A stretch of 64,000 nucleotides of DNA from a candidate division WOR-3 bacterium (GTDB taxonomy: Bacteria > Hydrothermota > Tepidihabitantia > Tepidihabitantales > Tepidihabitantaceae). The notes below the pieces were generated by a model. The model saw only the letters and a program-made list of their open reading frames with translations, was not told where the DNA came from and ran no database searches. The stretch covers positions 576,576-640,575 of the forward strand of contig JANLFQ010000001.1 in the NCBI GenBank assembly GCA_024653355.1. The letters run 5' to 3'. The translations under genes were made by a program, and so were the position numbers. How positions within the stretch are numbered: position 1 is the first letter of the stretch; each line of letters opens with the position of its first letter. Shown here in pieces: positions 50,462-60,982 of this stretch.

Positions 50462-50689
50462 CTAAGAACCGGCTTGATTTTCGGGCAGGATTTTACGCAC
50501 ATTTATCGCCCGGGGTCCCTGGGGCGTTTCCAGCAGTTCAAACTCAACCTCGTCTTCGATTCTCAGTAAATCCCTTTTCCCGCCATCGACATCGGAAAAA
50601 TGAACGAAAACAGTACGCCCATCGTCCACCCCTTGAATCATACCGTAACCTTTATCCGAATCGTACCATTTCACTCTGCCTTTAAGCAT
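50462..50689 (-). CDS. cold-shock domain protein
   Basis: GRVKWYD..KGYGMI (RNP1), VFVHFS (RNP2); start at ATG 50689. Confidence 0.9.
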   Translation of the reverse strand: MLKGRVKWYDSDKGYGMIQGVDDGRTVFVHFSDVDGGKRDLLRIEDEVEFELLETPQGPRAINVRKILPENQAGS

Positions 50690-50820
50690 AAAGCCCCTTT
50701 CACTGCATTTTAGGAAAAAATCAAGTAAAAGAACTTTATTCAAATTCAGTTCCGTGTCAAGCGTTTCATCACTCTGCCCTGCCAATACACCACGCCTTGG
50801 TATTTTGCCTGGCTTTCGTA

Positions 50821-50848
50821 TTGACACCCTGTTCCTTTCTCCTATAAT
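50821..50848 (+). promoter_or_regulatory. sigma70-type promoter, leaderless nnr
   Basis: Consensus TTGACA-N16-TATAAT-N6-ATG. Confidence 0.8.
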
Positions 50849-50854
50849 TTTCCT

Positions 50855-52399
50855 ATGATTCCTCTTATCCCGGGTTCATTAATGAAAGAAATCGATCGGA
50901 AAGCGATTGAAAACTGGGGGATAAGTGGATTGGTGTTAATGGAAAACGCGGGCCGGGCGGTCGTCGACTTTATTGAAGAAGAAGTAGGAAAGGTCAAGGG
51001 GAAAAAGTTCGTCGTTGTTTGTGGTAAGGGCAACAATGGCGGTGACGGTTTTGTCATAACCCGCCATCTGCTCAATCGGGACGCAAGGGTCGATTGCATC
51101 CTTTTAGGAGAACGGACACGATTAAAAGGTGATGCCCGCACCAACGCCGAAATTTTACGCCAAGCCGGTATCCCTATTCGAGAAACAACCCATCCGGATG
51201 AAATATCTTCAATCATCAGTACCGCCCAGTTTATCGTTGATGCCATATTTGGAACCGGGCTCTCTGCACCCCCAACCGATATCTTTGCCCAAACAATTCA
51301 ACTTATTAATGAAAGCGCCGCTTATGTAATAAGTGTTGACCTTCCTTCCGGTCTTGATGCCGATACGGGAAAGGTCTTCGGTACTGCGGTAAAAGCCAAT
51401 CTTACGGTGACAATGGGAGCACCAAAGTACGGGCTGGTTCTATATCCGGGGAAAATTTTTACCGGTAAATTACGCATTGCTGATATTGGAATTCCCAAAA
51501 CCCTAATTGAGCAACACGCCGATACCTTTTTAGTAACCGCAACCTCGGCCCGGCAACACCTGCCCCCACGGCGTCCTGATGGCCATAAAGGAACATTTGG
51601 CACCTGTTTAGTTATTGCCGGAGCACGTGGCTACTCGGGTGCCGCCTGTCTCACCGCAATGGCTGCAGTGCGCGCGGGCGCGGGATTGGTGCGTCTCGCC
51701 TTCCCCAGAAGCCTTGCTCCGGTAATCGAAGCCCAAATCCTTGAACCTGTTAAACACCCTCTTCCGGAGACCGCTGATGAGACGCTCAGTCCCGAAGCCG
51801 CTAACACAATCCTTGAACTTGCCGCTGGTGCCACCAGCATCGCAATCGGTCCGGGAATTACCACCCAATCCCAGACCAAAACTTTAATCCGGGAAATCCT
51901 GCCCCGTCTCAGCAGACCGGTAGTTCTTGACGCCGATGGCATCAACAACCTTGTCGGTGCCGAAGAGTTAATCCCGCAATGCTCCGCACCAATTATTCTT
52001 ACCCCTCACCCTGGTGAACTCAGCCGATTAATCGGAATTCCGCCGGATGAAATCAATACCAATCGAATAGAAATCGCCCGTACTACCGCTAAGCGGTTCA
52101 ATTGCGTACTCGTTTTGAAAGGCGCTCCCACCGTTACTGCAACACCGCAAGGTCGGGTGTTTGTCAACCCAACTGGAAACTCCGGCTTGGGCTCGGGTGG
52201 CACGGGCGATATTCTCACCGGGTTGATTGCTGGATTACTGGCTCAAGGCGCCTCACCTCTTGACGCTGCCCTTACCGGTGTTTTCTTACACGGCAGGGCC
52301 GCGGACCTCGCGGTTCAAGAACTTTCCGAATACTCCCTTTGCGCCCGGGACCTTTTACAATTTCTTCCTCGTGCCTTTACCGAACTTCTCTCTTGTTGA
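50855..52399 (+). CDS. nnr: bifunctional NAD(P)H-hydrate epimerase/dehydratase
   Basis: LMENAG, GKGNNGGDG, HKGTFG, TPHPGE, GGTGDILTG. Confidence 0.95.
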   Translation: MIPLIPGSLMKEIDRKAIENWGISGLVLMENAGRAVVDFIEEEVGKVKGKKFVVVCGKGNNGGDGFVITRHLLNRDARVDCILLGERTRLKGDARTNAEILRQAGIPIRETTHPDEISSIISTAQFIVDAIFGTGLSAPPTDIFAQTIQLINESAAYVISVDLPSGLDADTGKVFGTAVKANLTVTMGAPKYGLVLYPGKIFTGKLRIADIGIPKTLIEQHADTFLVTATSARQHLPPRRPDGHKGTFGTCLVIAGARGYSGAACLTAMAAVRAGAGLVRLAFPRSLAPVIEAQILEPVKHPLPETADETLSPEAANTILELAAGATSIAIGPGITTQSQTKTLIREILPRLSRPVVLDADGINNLVGAEELIPQCSAPIILTPHPGELSRLIGIPPDEINTNRIEIARTTAKRFNCVLVLKGAPTVTATPQGRVFVNPTGNSGLGSGGTGDILTGLIAGLLAQGASPLDAALTGVFLHGRAADLAVQELSEYSLCARDLLQFLPRAFTELLSC

Positions 52400-53802
52400 T
52401 GTTTGCAATTCTCCCGGTTATTTTAACACTTTTTTATGAACCCCGTTACTGGCTTGTCTACCCGGCGCTCAGCGAATTCCGGTCGATAACCGCCAGCCCG
52501 CATTCAGTTTTCATCGCCGTCCCAAACGGCATCTACATTTTAGACCACAGAACCCTTGTTCATAATCGAACCCTCACCGTGCTTGATGGCATTGAAGGCG
52601 AAATCAAAATCTGCGCCTACAATCCGGCCTACAATGAGTTGCTCATCGTCACCGACCACCATCACTACAACTTCCTTCCCACCACCAACCGGCTATTTCC
52701 TCTCAACCCGCCATTTAAACAAACTTATTCAATCGGTATAACCCGGCAGGGAGCATATTTTGATACCGACAAAGGGCTCTTTCATAAACTGCGTTCTGCC
52801 GACCTGTATCAACCGGTTTCTACAGTACCCGAACCGGTTGTCTGGTATGGGGACAAAGACACCGTTTCCGTCCGAAACTACCCATTCCTCACCCCTTATT
52901 TCATTGTTGACCAACAGTTGAATCTTTGTCCATTCATCAAAGCCTGGCAGAACCCCTTTGATAACCGGTTGTTTGTCTTCGCCCAGAACTACGGTGTTCT
53001 TGTCTACAACTCCCGCACCGGCCTGAAAGAAAGAGAAATCCGTATCGGACCGCTGACATCTAATATTGGTCGCATCGTGCCCTGGCAAAATAAAATGTTT
53101 TTTTTCGCCCGAGACCGTTTTCTCATCCTTGATTCAACTGGAAACTGGAATGTTTTCTTCTTCGGCTCAGACCAACTTTTCCCCGCCACCGCACAACCAT
53201 TTCTTTTTCGCCTAAACCAGCTCAGTCAGATAGAAAAAATCACTTCAATTCTTTATCAAAACGGCACCACCGCTTTAATCGGGACAGAACGCGGTGTCTA
53301 TCGACTCGGGCCCGAAGAAACCAGTACCTTCTTCCTGCCGACAAACTCGCGCGTAAATGCCCTCACAGAGATGAACGACTCAATAATCGTTGCCACTGAC
53401 GACGGTATGTTTATCCTCATCAATGACAGCCTCACTCTGGTGACTGACCCATTTGCCCGCAGTGACTGGGGTATTTTTGCTATCGCCCGTGCCCACCGTA
53501 AGACCTTTTTCGGGGCTCAGGGCGCAATCCTGGAACTGGACTCAAGTAACACCTGGCGTGTACTGATACCGCCCGGCTTTGACCTTTCGCAGCAGGTTCG
53601 TGCCCTTGCCACAAACGGCCGTTTTCTCTTTGTCGGTTCCCACAATGGCATTGATGTTTATGACACGGAACAGAACATCTGGACAAAACTCGACCTGCCC
53701 GTTCAATTTCCGGTCAATGAACTGTATGCCGATAATCGTTACCTCTGGCTGGTTGCCAACGAAGTGGTCGCGCGTTACGAATACCGTGCCCAGTTTCGCT
53801 AA
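52399..53802 (+). CDS. hypothetical beta-propeller-like protein
   Basis: Translationally coupled ATG; repeated IGT..GV / VAT..GM / VGS..GI blade-like motifs. Confidence 0.6.
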   Translation: MFAILPVILTLFYEPRYWLVYPALSEFRSITASPHSVFIAVPNGIYILDHRTLVHNRTLTVLDGIEGEIKICAYNPAYNELLIVTDHHHYNFLPTTNRLFPLNPPFKQTYSIGITRQGAYFDTDKGLFHKLRSADLYQPVSTVPEPVVWYGDKDTVSVRNYPFLTPYFIVDQQLNLCPFIKAWQNPFDNRLFVFAQNYGVLVYNSRTGLKEREIRIGPLTSNIGRIVPWQNKMFFFARDRFLILDSTGNWNVFFFGSDQLFPATAQPFLFRLNQLSQIEKITSILYQNGTTALIGTERGVYRLGPEETSTFFLPTNSRVNALTEMNDSIIVATDDGMFILINDSLTLVTDPFARSDWGIFAIARAHRKTFFGAQGAILELDSSNTWRVLIPPGFDLSQQVRALATNGRFLFVGSHNGIDVYDTEQNIWTKLDLPVQFPVNELYADNRYLWLVANEVVARYEYRAQFR

Positions 53803-53811
53803 TCTGAATCT

Positions 53812-54510
53812 ATGCCTTTAAACCAATCTGTCCAGGCGGTCATCTTTGACCTATTCCACACCCTTGTGTCTCTCCAGTTATCAAACGCCCCGGGACCAAG
53901 CACCGCCGAACTCCTTAATGTCGACCCGGACGAATGGAATCGACACTGGCTTGCCGACCCTTCGGATTATGTCCTGGGTCTGGCACCGATTGAAGTTCCC
54001 TTCCGTCGCATCGCCCGTCAGCTCAACCCCGCGGTCACCGAAGAACAAATCCAGAAGACGCTTGAAATTCGGCGTTATCGCTTTCGCCATACCCTGCTCA
54101 ATGTCGAACCGGAAACTTTAGCCGGTTTAAAAACCCTGCGCCGCCTCGGATTCAAAACCGGTTTAATATCAAACTGCGGCTGGGATGAAATTGCGGCCTG
54201 GAACGACTCACCACTTGCCCCGTTATTTGACACCGTACTTTTCTCCTGTGAAGTTAAATTGAAAAAACCCGACCCGGCGATTTACCATCTTGCTGCCCGC
54301 AACCTTGCGGTACCCGTTGCCCACTGTCTGTTCGTTGGCAACGGTGGCTCCCAGGAACTAACCGGTGCCCGCAACGCTGGTATGACACCGGTCCTCATTA
54401 CCCGTCATCTTGAAGTGATAAACCCCGAACGTATCATCGATGTCCTGCCCGATGCCCGTATTGTTATCCGCCGGATTAGCGAACTGGCGTTGATTTTAAC
54501 CCGGAAATAA
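53812..54510 (+). CDS. HAD family hydrolase
   Basis: FDLFHTL, ISN, KKPDPAIY, FVGNG. Confidence 0.88.
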   Translation: MPLNQSVQAVIFDLFHTLVSLQLSNAPGPSTAELLNVDPDEWNRHWLADPSDYVLGLAPIEVPFRRIARQLNPAVTEEQIQKTLEIRRYRFRHTLLNVEPETLAGLKTLRRLGFKTGLISNCGWDEIAAWNDSPLAPLFDTVLFSCEVKLKKPDPAIYHLAARNLAVPVAHCLFVGNGGSQELTGARNAGMTPVLITRHLEVINPERIIDVLPDARIVIRRISELALILTRK

Positions 54511-54512
54511 AC

Positions 54513-56930
54513 TTAATCTTCAACCAGGGCGACATCGACCACCGCATCGCCTTTTTCCACCGCCATCACCTTCACCCCGGTTGTTGCCCGACCACACTTT
54601 CGGATTTCAGAACACTTCACCCGGATTACAATCCCTTGCCTCGATGTAACGATTATTTCCGATGTTTCGCTTACCGCCTTGGCGCAGGCAAGGCGCCCTG
54701 ATTTTTCCACCGGCTTTGCGGCAATCACACCTTTACCACCGCGTTTCTGGGTAGGGAACAATTCGAAATCGGTACGTTTACCAAACCCGTTATCAAATAT
54801 CGTTAACAGCGACCGACCGGCGGCACAAACTACCGCCCCAATAACCTCATCGCCTTTTCCTAATTTGATTCCCCGGACCCCAGCCGCATTCCTTCCCATC
54901 TCCCGAACATCGGTTTCCTTGAACTTTATACCCATACCATTTCTCGTCACGAGTAGAATCTCATCATTTCCGCAAGTCAAAAGGGTAGCAATCAACGCAT
55001 CCTTATCGTCTACTGTCATCGCAATAATACCTTTCCGCCGCGGATTAGAGAATGCCTCAAGACTTGTGCGTTTAACGATTCCCTGGCGCGTGACGAAGAA
55101 AACATACCGGTCGGCAGAAAATTCTCGCACCGCCACATAGGAAGTTGTCACTTCACCCTTCTCCATCTCAACTAAATTGGCAATTGAACGCCCTTTGGAA
55201 GCATAAGAACCCTCGGGAATCTCATACACCTTCTGCCAGTAACACCTTCCCCGGTCGGTAAAGAACATCATATAGTCGTGGGTTGAGGCGATAAACAACC
55301 CTTCAACAAAATCCTCCTCTGCCACCGGAACACCAGTTCTTCCTTGACCGCCCCGTCCCTGACGACGGTAAACGCTTACCGGCATCCGTTTGATGTACCC
55401 CCGATGCGTGACGGTCACCACCATATCCTCTTCTTTAATTAAATCTTCAATAGAAACATCGGCCGGTTTTTCCGCAAGAATTTCGGTGCGTCGCTCATCG
55501 CCGAACTTCTGTTTTAACTCCAGCAACTCCTGCCGGATTTCACCCATCATCATCTTCTTGGAAGCCAAAAGACTCTTCAACCGGGCAATCTCTTTAATCA
55601 ACTCCTTATACTCGGCGTCGATTTTCTCTCGCTCCAGTCCGGTGAGCCGCGACAACCGCATTTCGAGAATCGCGTCTGCCTGACGCTGGGTAAGTTTGAA
55701 CCTATCCATCAAACCTTTACGCGCCGTCTCAACATCTTTAGAACGCTTGATAAGTTCAATAACCGCATCGATACTCTTCAGGGCAATCTTCAACCCTTCA
55801 AGGATATGTGCTCGTTCCTCGGCCCTTGCCAGTTCAAATTTAGTTCGCCTGGTAACAACCTCTAACCGAAATTCGAGAAACTTCTCAAGTAGCCCCTTCA
55901 AATTCAAAACCTTGGGCTCGCCGTTGACCAGTACCAAAAGAATTGCCCCAAAACTTGACTCCAGCGGTGTCCACTTAAACAGTTGATTCAACACAACCTC
56001 TTTGGGCGTCTCTTTCTTCAACTCGAGGACGATTCTCATCCCCTCCCGGTCGGACTCATCGCGCAGGTCAGCAACGCCCTGAATCTTCTTCTCGCGCACC
56101 AGCTCGGCAATGCGCTCTACCAGCGCTGACTTATTAACCTGATAAGGAATTTCGGTAATCACCAGTCGGTCGCGCCCCGCCTTTACCTCTTCGAATACAA
56201 CCTTACCGCGCACGATAAAACTTCCCCGGCCTGTTTCATAAGTCTGCTTTATTCCGTCCAGACCAACAACCGTTCCCCCGGTAGGGAAGTCCGGACCTTT
56301 TATCCAGCGCATCAACTCACTCACCGTGATATCGGGATTGTCAATCAGGGCAACCAGTCCATCAATTAACTCGCCTAAATTGTGCGGCGGGATACTCGTC
56401 GCCATTCCAACCGCAATGCCGGTTGCACCGTTAGCTAAAAGATTGGGAAATGCTGCCGGCAGGACCACCGGCTCTTTTAATCTTTCATCAAAATTGGGTT
56501 GAAAGTCAACCGTATCTTTATCCAAATCCCGGAGAAGTTCCATCGCCAGCGGCGCCAGTCGGGCTTCGGTATAGCGATAGGCAGCCGCGGCATCGCCATC
56601 AATCGAACCAAAATTCCCCTGCCCCTGGACGAGCGGATAACGCAACGAAAAATCCTGTGCCATTCGCACCAGCGCATCGTAAACCGCCGCATCACCATGG
56701 GGATGATACTTACCGAGAACATCTCCCACCACCGCCGCCGACTTACGGAATGGGCGATTGGGAAACAGCCCCATCTCCTGCATCGTCCAGAGAATCCGGC
56801 GCTGCACCGGTTTCAAACCATCACGAACATCAGGCAGCGCCCGGGCAACAATAACCGACATTGCGTAGTCCAGAAAGGACTTACGCACCTCATCTTCGAT
56901 ATATACCGGGATTACCGAATTGTCATTCAC
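54513..56930 (-). CDS. gyrA: DNA gyrase subunit A
   Basis: [13 protein letters not shown], GyrA-box QGRGGQG; start GTG 56930 preferred over 56948 (promoter TTGACT-N16-TATATT at 56965-56938). Confidence 0.97.
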   Translation of the reverse strand: MNDNSVIPVYIEDEVRKSFLDYAMSVIVARALPDVRDGLKPVQRRILWTMQEMGLFPNRPFRKSAAVVGDVLGKYHPHGDAAVYDALVRMAQDFSLRYPLVQGQGNFGSIDGDAAAAYRYTEARLAPLAMELLRDLDKDTVDFQPNFDERLKEPVVLPAAFPNLLANGATGIAVGMATSIPPHNLGELIDGLVALIDNPDITVSELMRWIKGPDFPTGGTVVGLDGIKQTYETGRGSFIVRGKVVFEEVKAGRDRLVITEIPYQVNKSALVERIAELVREKKIQGVADLRDESDREGMRIVLELKKETPKEVVLNQLFKWTPLESSFGAILLVLVNGEPKVLNLKGLLEKFLEFRLEVVTRRTKFELARAEERAHILEGLKIALKSIDAVIELIKRSKDVETARKGLMDRFKLTQRQADAILEMRLSRLTGLEREKIDAEYKELIKEIARLKSLLASKKMMMGEIRQELLELKQKFGDERRTEILAEKPADVSIEDLIKEEDMVVTVTHRGYIKRMPVSVYRRQGRGGQGRTGVPVAEEDFVEGLFIASTHDYMMFFTDRGRCYWQKVYEIPEGSYASKGRSIANLVEMEKGEVTTSYVAVREFSADRYVFFVTRQGIVKRTSLEAFSNPRRKGIIAMTVDDKDALIATLLTCGNDEILLVTRNGMGIKFKETDVREMGRNAAGVRGIKLGKGDEVIGAVVCAAGRSLLTIFDNGFGKRTDFELFPTQKRGGKGVIAAKPVEKSGRLACAKAVSETSEIIVTSRQGIVIRVKCSEIRKCGRATTGVKVMAVEKGDAVVDVALVED

Positions 56931-57047
56931 GCCTTGAAATATACCCACTCTAACACTAAAGTCAAATATCTTACACCGTCTTTTAAAATCAGTTTACCAT
57001 CTGGGGTAATGGAGTAGACCTGTCCTGCCTTATCTACAAACGAACTT

Positions 57048-57737
57048 TTAACGGAACCGCGGAAACAACATCGCCACCTGCTGGAACTGGGAAAATTCTG
57101 ATTTGAGAATTGGGGCTAAAGCCTTCTCCTCATACCGTACTTGGATTAAAATCAATGGCAGACCTAAAACTCCGACGAGTAGCAACCCACCCCAGGAACA
57201 GAAGATCAGGGCGATGCCAACAAGCTGAACTAAAGTCCCCAAATATCGTGGATGACGACAGATTTTCTGCCACTTGAGCTCTAAAAATCGCCGGGGAGAG
57301 AAAACAACCTCACCGGTATTGGGCTTTATCTGGGCAATCTTAATCAGTCCAAACAGAGTTGCCAGTCTGATGTACACACCAAAACCAAAAATTAAAAGCC
57401 CCAAAATACCAAAGACATAATGAGGCACTGGAAACTGAGTCTGACGCCACCAGATAAAATCGGCTACGACATAACCAATATACGGGTAAACGAAAAAGGC
57501 AAATACCCCGCGCCACAAAGGCGAAGGCTCAACCACCCCGGACTGGAAAAAGGGCGAGCCAAAGTAGTACTCCACCGCCAGCCACAGGACAAAAAGATAA
57601 GCAAAAATCAAGGGAACAACCATCCGCTCGGGCACCGCATCGGCAAAGAAGTTGGTGAAAAATACCCCGAAATACAAACTGACCAGCACCGTCCAGACAA
57701 ATCGACCGGTTCGGAACTTCAAAACCAAACTGCTCAT
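57048..57737 (-). CDS. isoprenylcysteine carboxyl/phospholipid methyltransferase family membrane protein
   Basis: Multi-TM; RHPRYLG and YEEKAL motifs. Confidence 0.75.
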   Translation of the reverse strand: MSSLVLKFRTGRFVWTVLVSLYFGVFFTNFFADAVPERMVVPLIFAYLFVLWLAVEYYFGSPFFQSGVVEPSPLWRGVFAFFVYPYIGYVVADFIWWRQTQFPVPHYVFGILGLLIFGFGVYIRLATLFGLIKIAQIKPNTGEVVFSPRRFLELKWQKICRHPRYLGTLVQLVGIALIFCSWGGLLLVGVLGLPLILIQVRYEEKALAPILKSEFSQFQQVAMLFPRFR

Positions 57738-58945
57738 CTCTTGCCCTGCGCCTGAAGGATATCAGCCGCATACTCCCACAACTGCCGGGGAGAGAGTTCC
57801 AAAGCCCTAATTGACGCCGCATCGATTGTCTGCAAAACACCGATGGTTGTTGCCACCCGGTAGCGTTTGCGTGCCATAATTCGCCTGCCCCGCAGGCCGC
57901 TGCGGCTCTCCATTATCAGTTTTCTGTTACCTCTCAACAACCGATTTATCTCCTCGCCCTCGAGTTCTATCAAAGCCAGCCGCCCCGGCTCGGAAAGTGT
58001 CGACATTAGCTTCAACCGGGTAATTGTTCCCGGTAAGATTGTGTCCCGGACAAAATTAGAACTGTCATAAATAAAAAGGTCAACCGCGCGTAACCCCAGA
58101 TAACCGTCAACTATCGCCCGACTTAACACCCAGGGTGAAATTTTGACCCTTGTCTCAATAACCGGCAACGCGCCAATGGAATCAAGCATTATCCGCAACG
58201 AATCTACCGCTCGCGCCACTTTGGGTTGTGGTTCACCTGCTTCAAGAGAAACAACCTCTTTTTTGACATTTTGAACCTTACCATTGACAAAAACAAAATC
58301 ATAACGCAAAACGCTCTCATCCGGCGCGTCTAAAATTACATCAAAGCCCGAAACTGCTCCTGAATCTAACACCAGGACCGCGGTCAAATCGGCTTTATTT
58401 TTGAGCAAGGTCAATAACTTTTGTCCGGCATAACCCGGAGAGACAAATTTCAACCCTTTAAGGCGCAAAAGCACGTTAACCGAGTCAAGAAGTAACCCAC
58501 TGATTGCTAAATTTATGCCCGCCACTTTTTTTATCATCCAGGGATGGACCAGCGGCAAATCAAAACTGTCGGAAAGATTATATCCCAGCACGCGAAATTG
58601 TGCCCGGTCTGTCAGTTGCCTTACCCGCTCAACACCGAACCCCAGCCATCCCGGCGAAAAAAGTATCGCATCTACCCCGGCAAGTGAAAGCAAATCAATA
58701 TTTGCCTCGCCATCGGTCAAAGGCGCAAACTTTTCATCAAAGACATCGCCGGCAATCAACCATAAACAGGGTCGTTCCTTTTTTATTCGGGAAACAACCT
58801 CACAAAGAAACGGTAACTCTTCGGTTTTCCAACCACCACTGACGAAGATGGTAAAGTTTTCTACCGTAACAGGTTTTGCCATCCGGGGTGCACAACCAGC
58901 AACGACAAAGACGACCCCGATGAGACCGAGATATAAAAAACGCAC
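57734..58945 (-). CDS. lipoprotein, degenerate 5'-nucleotidase/metallophosphoesterase-like
   Basis: Lipobox VAGC; IAGDVF...DGE, GVDAI, PGTIT, ELEGEEI, YRVAT architecture; metal ligands missing. Confidence 0.55.
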   Translation of the reverse strand: MRFLYLGLIGVVFVVAGCAPRMAKPVTVENFTIFVSGGWKTEELPFLCEVVSRIKKERPCLWLIAGDVFDEKFAPLTDGEANIDLLSLAGVDAILFSPGWLGFGVERVRQLTDRAQFRVLGYNLSDSFDLPLVHPWMIKKVAGINLAISGLLLDSVNVLLRLKGLKFVSPGYAGQKLLTLLKNKADLTAVLVLDSGAVSGFDVILDAPDESVLRYDFVFVNGKVQNVKKEVVSLEAGEPQPKVARAVDSLRIMLDSIGALPVIETRVKISPWVLSRAIVDGYLGLRAVDLFIYDSSNFVRDTILPGTITRLKLMSTLSEPGRLALIELEGEEINRLLRGNRKLIMESRSGLRGRRIMARKRYRVATTIGVLQTIDAASIRALELSPRQLWEYAADILQAQGKR

Positions 58946-58950
58946 AGCCG

Positions 58951-58978
58951 ATTATACCCTATCCCTATTTGGTGTCAA
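58951..58978 (-). promoter_or_regulatory. sigma70-type promoter, leaderless
   Basis: Consensus TTGACA-N16-TATAAT-N5-GTG. Confidence 0.8.
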
Positions 58979-59555
58979 GTGTAATGGTAAGCCCGATGCC
59001 TTTGCGATATTTTAAGAATGCACGCACTCCAGATGCTTTTCGCTCAACCCTAAAAAGGAAATTTTATTCTAACTTGTCCCCTGTTCATTAAATCAACAAC
59101 AATGGTGATACGAGATTGTATTTTTAATCCACCGGGCGGATAAAGTTATGCCCTTCGACCAAATGACAGTGTGTGATACTTAATAAAGTCAATACCTGAT
59201 TACATAAAAGGGCGCCGAAGGAAACCGATATTAAACGCGTATTCAAAACCACCATATCCATCAATAATCCCGGCGAAAGTTTACGGGGATACCATCCCGG
59301 AAACGACCCTGTAGTCCACCCTATACTTAAATCTAACAATACGGCAATTATTTGACAAAAAGTAACTTACAATTGGGAATACAAATTGGAGCGTTAACCG
59401 TTGCCAATTTTAGGGTCTTAATAACCAAAGCAAACGGCTGATTTCTCTCTCATTATAAGCAAAACCAGCACACCCCCCATATCCTTTGCCTGTTATCTTT
59501 GGTCTTTTAATCATCCCTTATATATAAGATACCATTAAAATCTCATTTTGCACGC

Positions 59556-59583
59556 TTGACTTTGGTTCAGCATTTTTTATATT
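59556..59583 (+). promoter_or_regulatory. promoter of tRNA-Gln
   Basis: TTGACT-N16-TATATT. Confidence 0.7.
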
Positions 59584-59594
59584 CTTTTACTCAC

Positions 59595-59666
59595 TGGGGG
59601 ATCGTCTAACTGGCAGGACGGCTGGCTCTGGACCAGCTAGTCGGGGTTCGAATCCCTGTCCCCCAG
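59595..59666 (+). tRNA. tRNA-Gln (anticodon CTG), CCA not encoded
   Basis: Acceptor TGGGGGA/TCCCCCA, anticodon arm GCTGG-CTCTGGA-CCAGC, T-loop GTTCGAATC. Confidence 0.95.
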
Positions 59667-59674
59667 CATTTTTC

Positions 59675-60982
59675 CTAAAATCGATACCGGACCCCGAAAA
59701 ATAGTTCATCAACCTCGTTGAGCGGCGCGAACGCTGAACCGTTACCACCACTAAAGACCATGCCACCCAGGTCAATCTCAAATCCACCTACCGGCTGAAA
59801 ACGGATTAGGGGTACCAATCCAAATGACCCCTTTTTCAAATCAACCACTCCACCCAGTCGTGTCAAAACTCTATCAGTAAACAATTTCCGTTCCACCGCG
59901 CCCAGGATGAAATCCTTCACCCGCTCCTTTTGTAACCGTGCCAGTGGAAAATCGCCGTGTAGATATTGAAGGTTAAAGTAAAACCCGGCAACAGCGTAAT
60001 CAAAACCGCAAATAACAGAGGGTTCGTCTTTTACCAGTGTATCTTCATAAAACGCATACGCCGCTTCCGCCCAGAACCCAACACCAAAAAGGTTTCCTGC
60101 CAATTCTGCACCCACCACCTTCTTCTCCGGAAACCACTGCTTTAGGACAAAATCCAACCGCTGCTCCATCACATCAATATTCGTTACCGGCTGTACTGCG
60201 GGCAAAAAGTCGTAGCCGCGTAAAAAACTCAAGGCAAAGTCAAAGTTTCCCCGATGACCTTTTAATCTTCCACCCCAGGTAATATCCCGGACATTTTTAC
60301 TCGGGAGTTTTATATCTTCATTTACTGTTATGGTATACGCGGCTGCTATCTGTCGGGCAGTAAGAGAGTCTAATCCCTGCCGGATAAACTCTTGTATTAG
60401 ACCATTGCGCAGTTGCTCAATATCGGGCAAAACTGCGACAGAAAACCATTCGGGTGCGGTTGCCACTGCTGGCTCAAAAATTGGTTTTGCCCCAAGTTCT
60501 ATTCCGAAATCACCAACCGGCATATACCCAAGATAAACCATCCATACTGGTCGGCGTTCATCCCAGACCAAAGGGTCCGAATAGTCCGGAGTGGTGAAAT
60601 TGTCCGTGGGATTAACCGCATCTGCTGTGCCCCAATGAACCTTTTGCCGCCCTGCCGTCAAGTTCAACCCGGGCAAAATGTCATAAACCCGGACAAATAC
60701 CTCATCCAGCATAAAAGATACCGGCTCCAGTTTACTGGCATCGCTCAAATCAGAAGCATTGGTTAAAAATGGGTAACCGTTTGTTTTAACCGTCATTCCC
60801 AGCTTTGTTTCCAACCGTTCTGAAGTAACTGGCACAAAACTTAAACTTGCCCGGGTGGAAAACCAGGTAAACGCTGTGCTGTCTTTTCCTCCGTATCTAA
60901 CATGCGCTCGTGTGCGCAAATCGCCCTGGATTGAAACCTGCATTAGAATTAGGATGTTCAGTAAGGTTGCGCCGATGCCCAT
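59675..60982 (-). CDS. outer-membrane beta-barrel protein (DUF1302-like)
   Basis: GRQKVHWGTAD..NPTD motif, C-terminal YRF; operon with RND and LolA-like genes. Confidence 0.7.
   Translation of the reverse strand: MGIGATLLNILILMQVSIQGDLRTRAHVRYGGKDSTAFTWFSTRASLSFVPVTSERLETKLGMTVKTNGYPFLTNASDLSDASKLEPVSFMLDEVFVRVYDILPGLNLTAGRQKVHWGTADAVNPTDNFTTPDYSDPLVWDERRPVWMVYLGYMPVGDFGIELGAKPIFEPAVATAPEWFSVAVLPDIEQLRNGLIQEFIRQGLDSLTARQIAAAYTITVNEDIKLPSKNVRDITWGGRLKGHRGNFDFALSFLRGYDFLPAVQPVTNIDVMEQRLDFVLKQWFPEKKVVGAELAGNLFGVGFWAEAAYAFYEDTLVKDEPSVICGFDYAVAGFYFNLQYLHGDFPLARLQKERVKDFILGAVERKLFTDRVLTRLGGVVDLKKGSFGLVPLIRFQPVGGFEIDLGGMVFSGGNGSAFAPLNEVDELFFGVRYRF

Noticed and set aside
59124..59339. 71-aa minus-strand ORF in the intergenic gap
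   Set aside because: TTG start, no RBS or promoter, overlaps the periodic tract.
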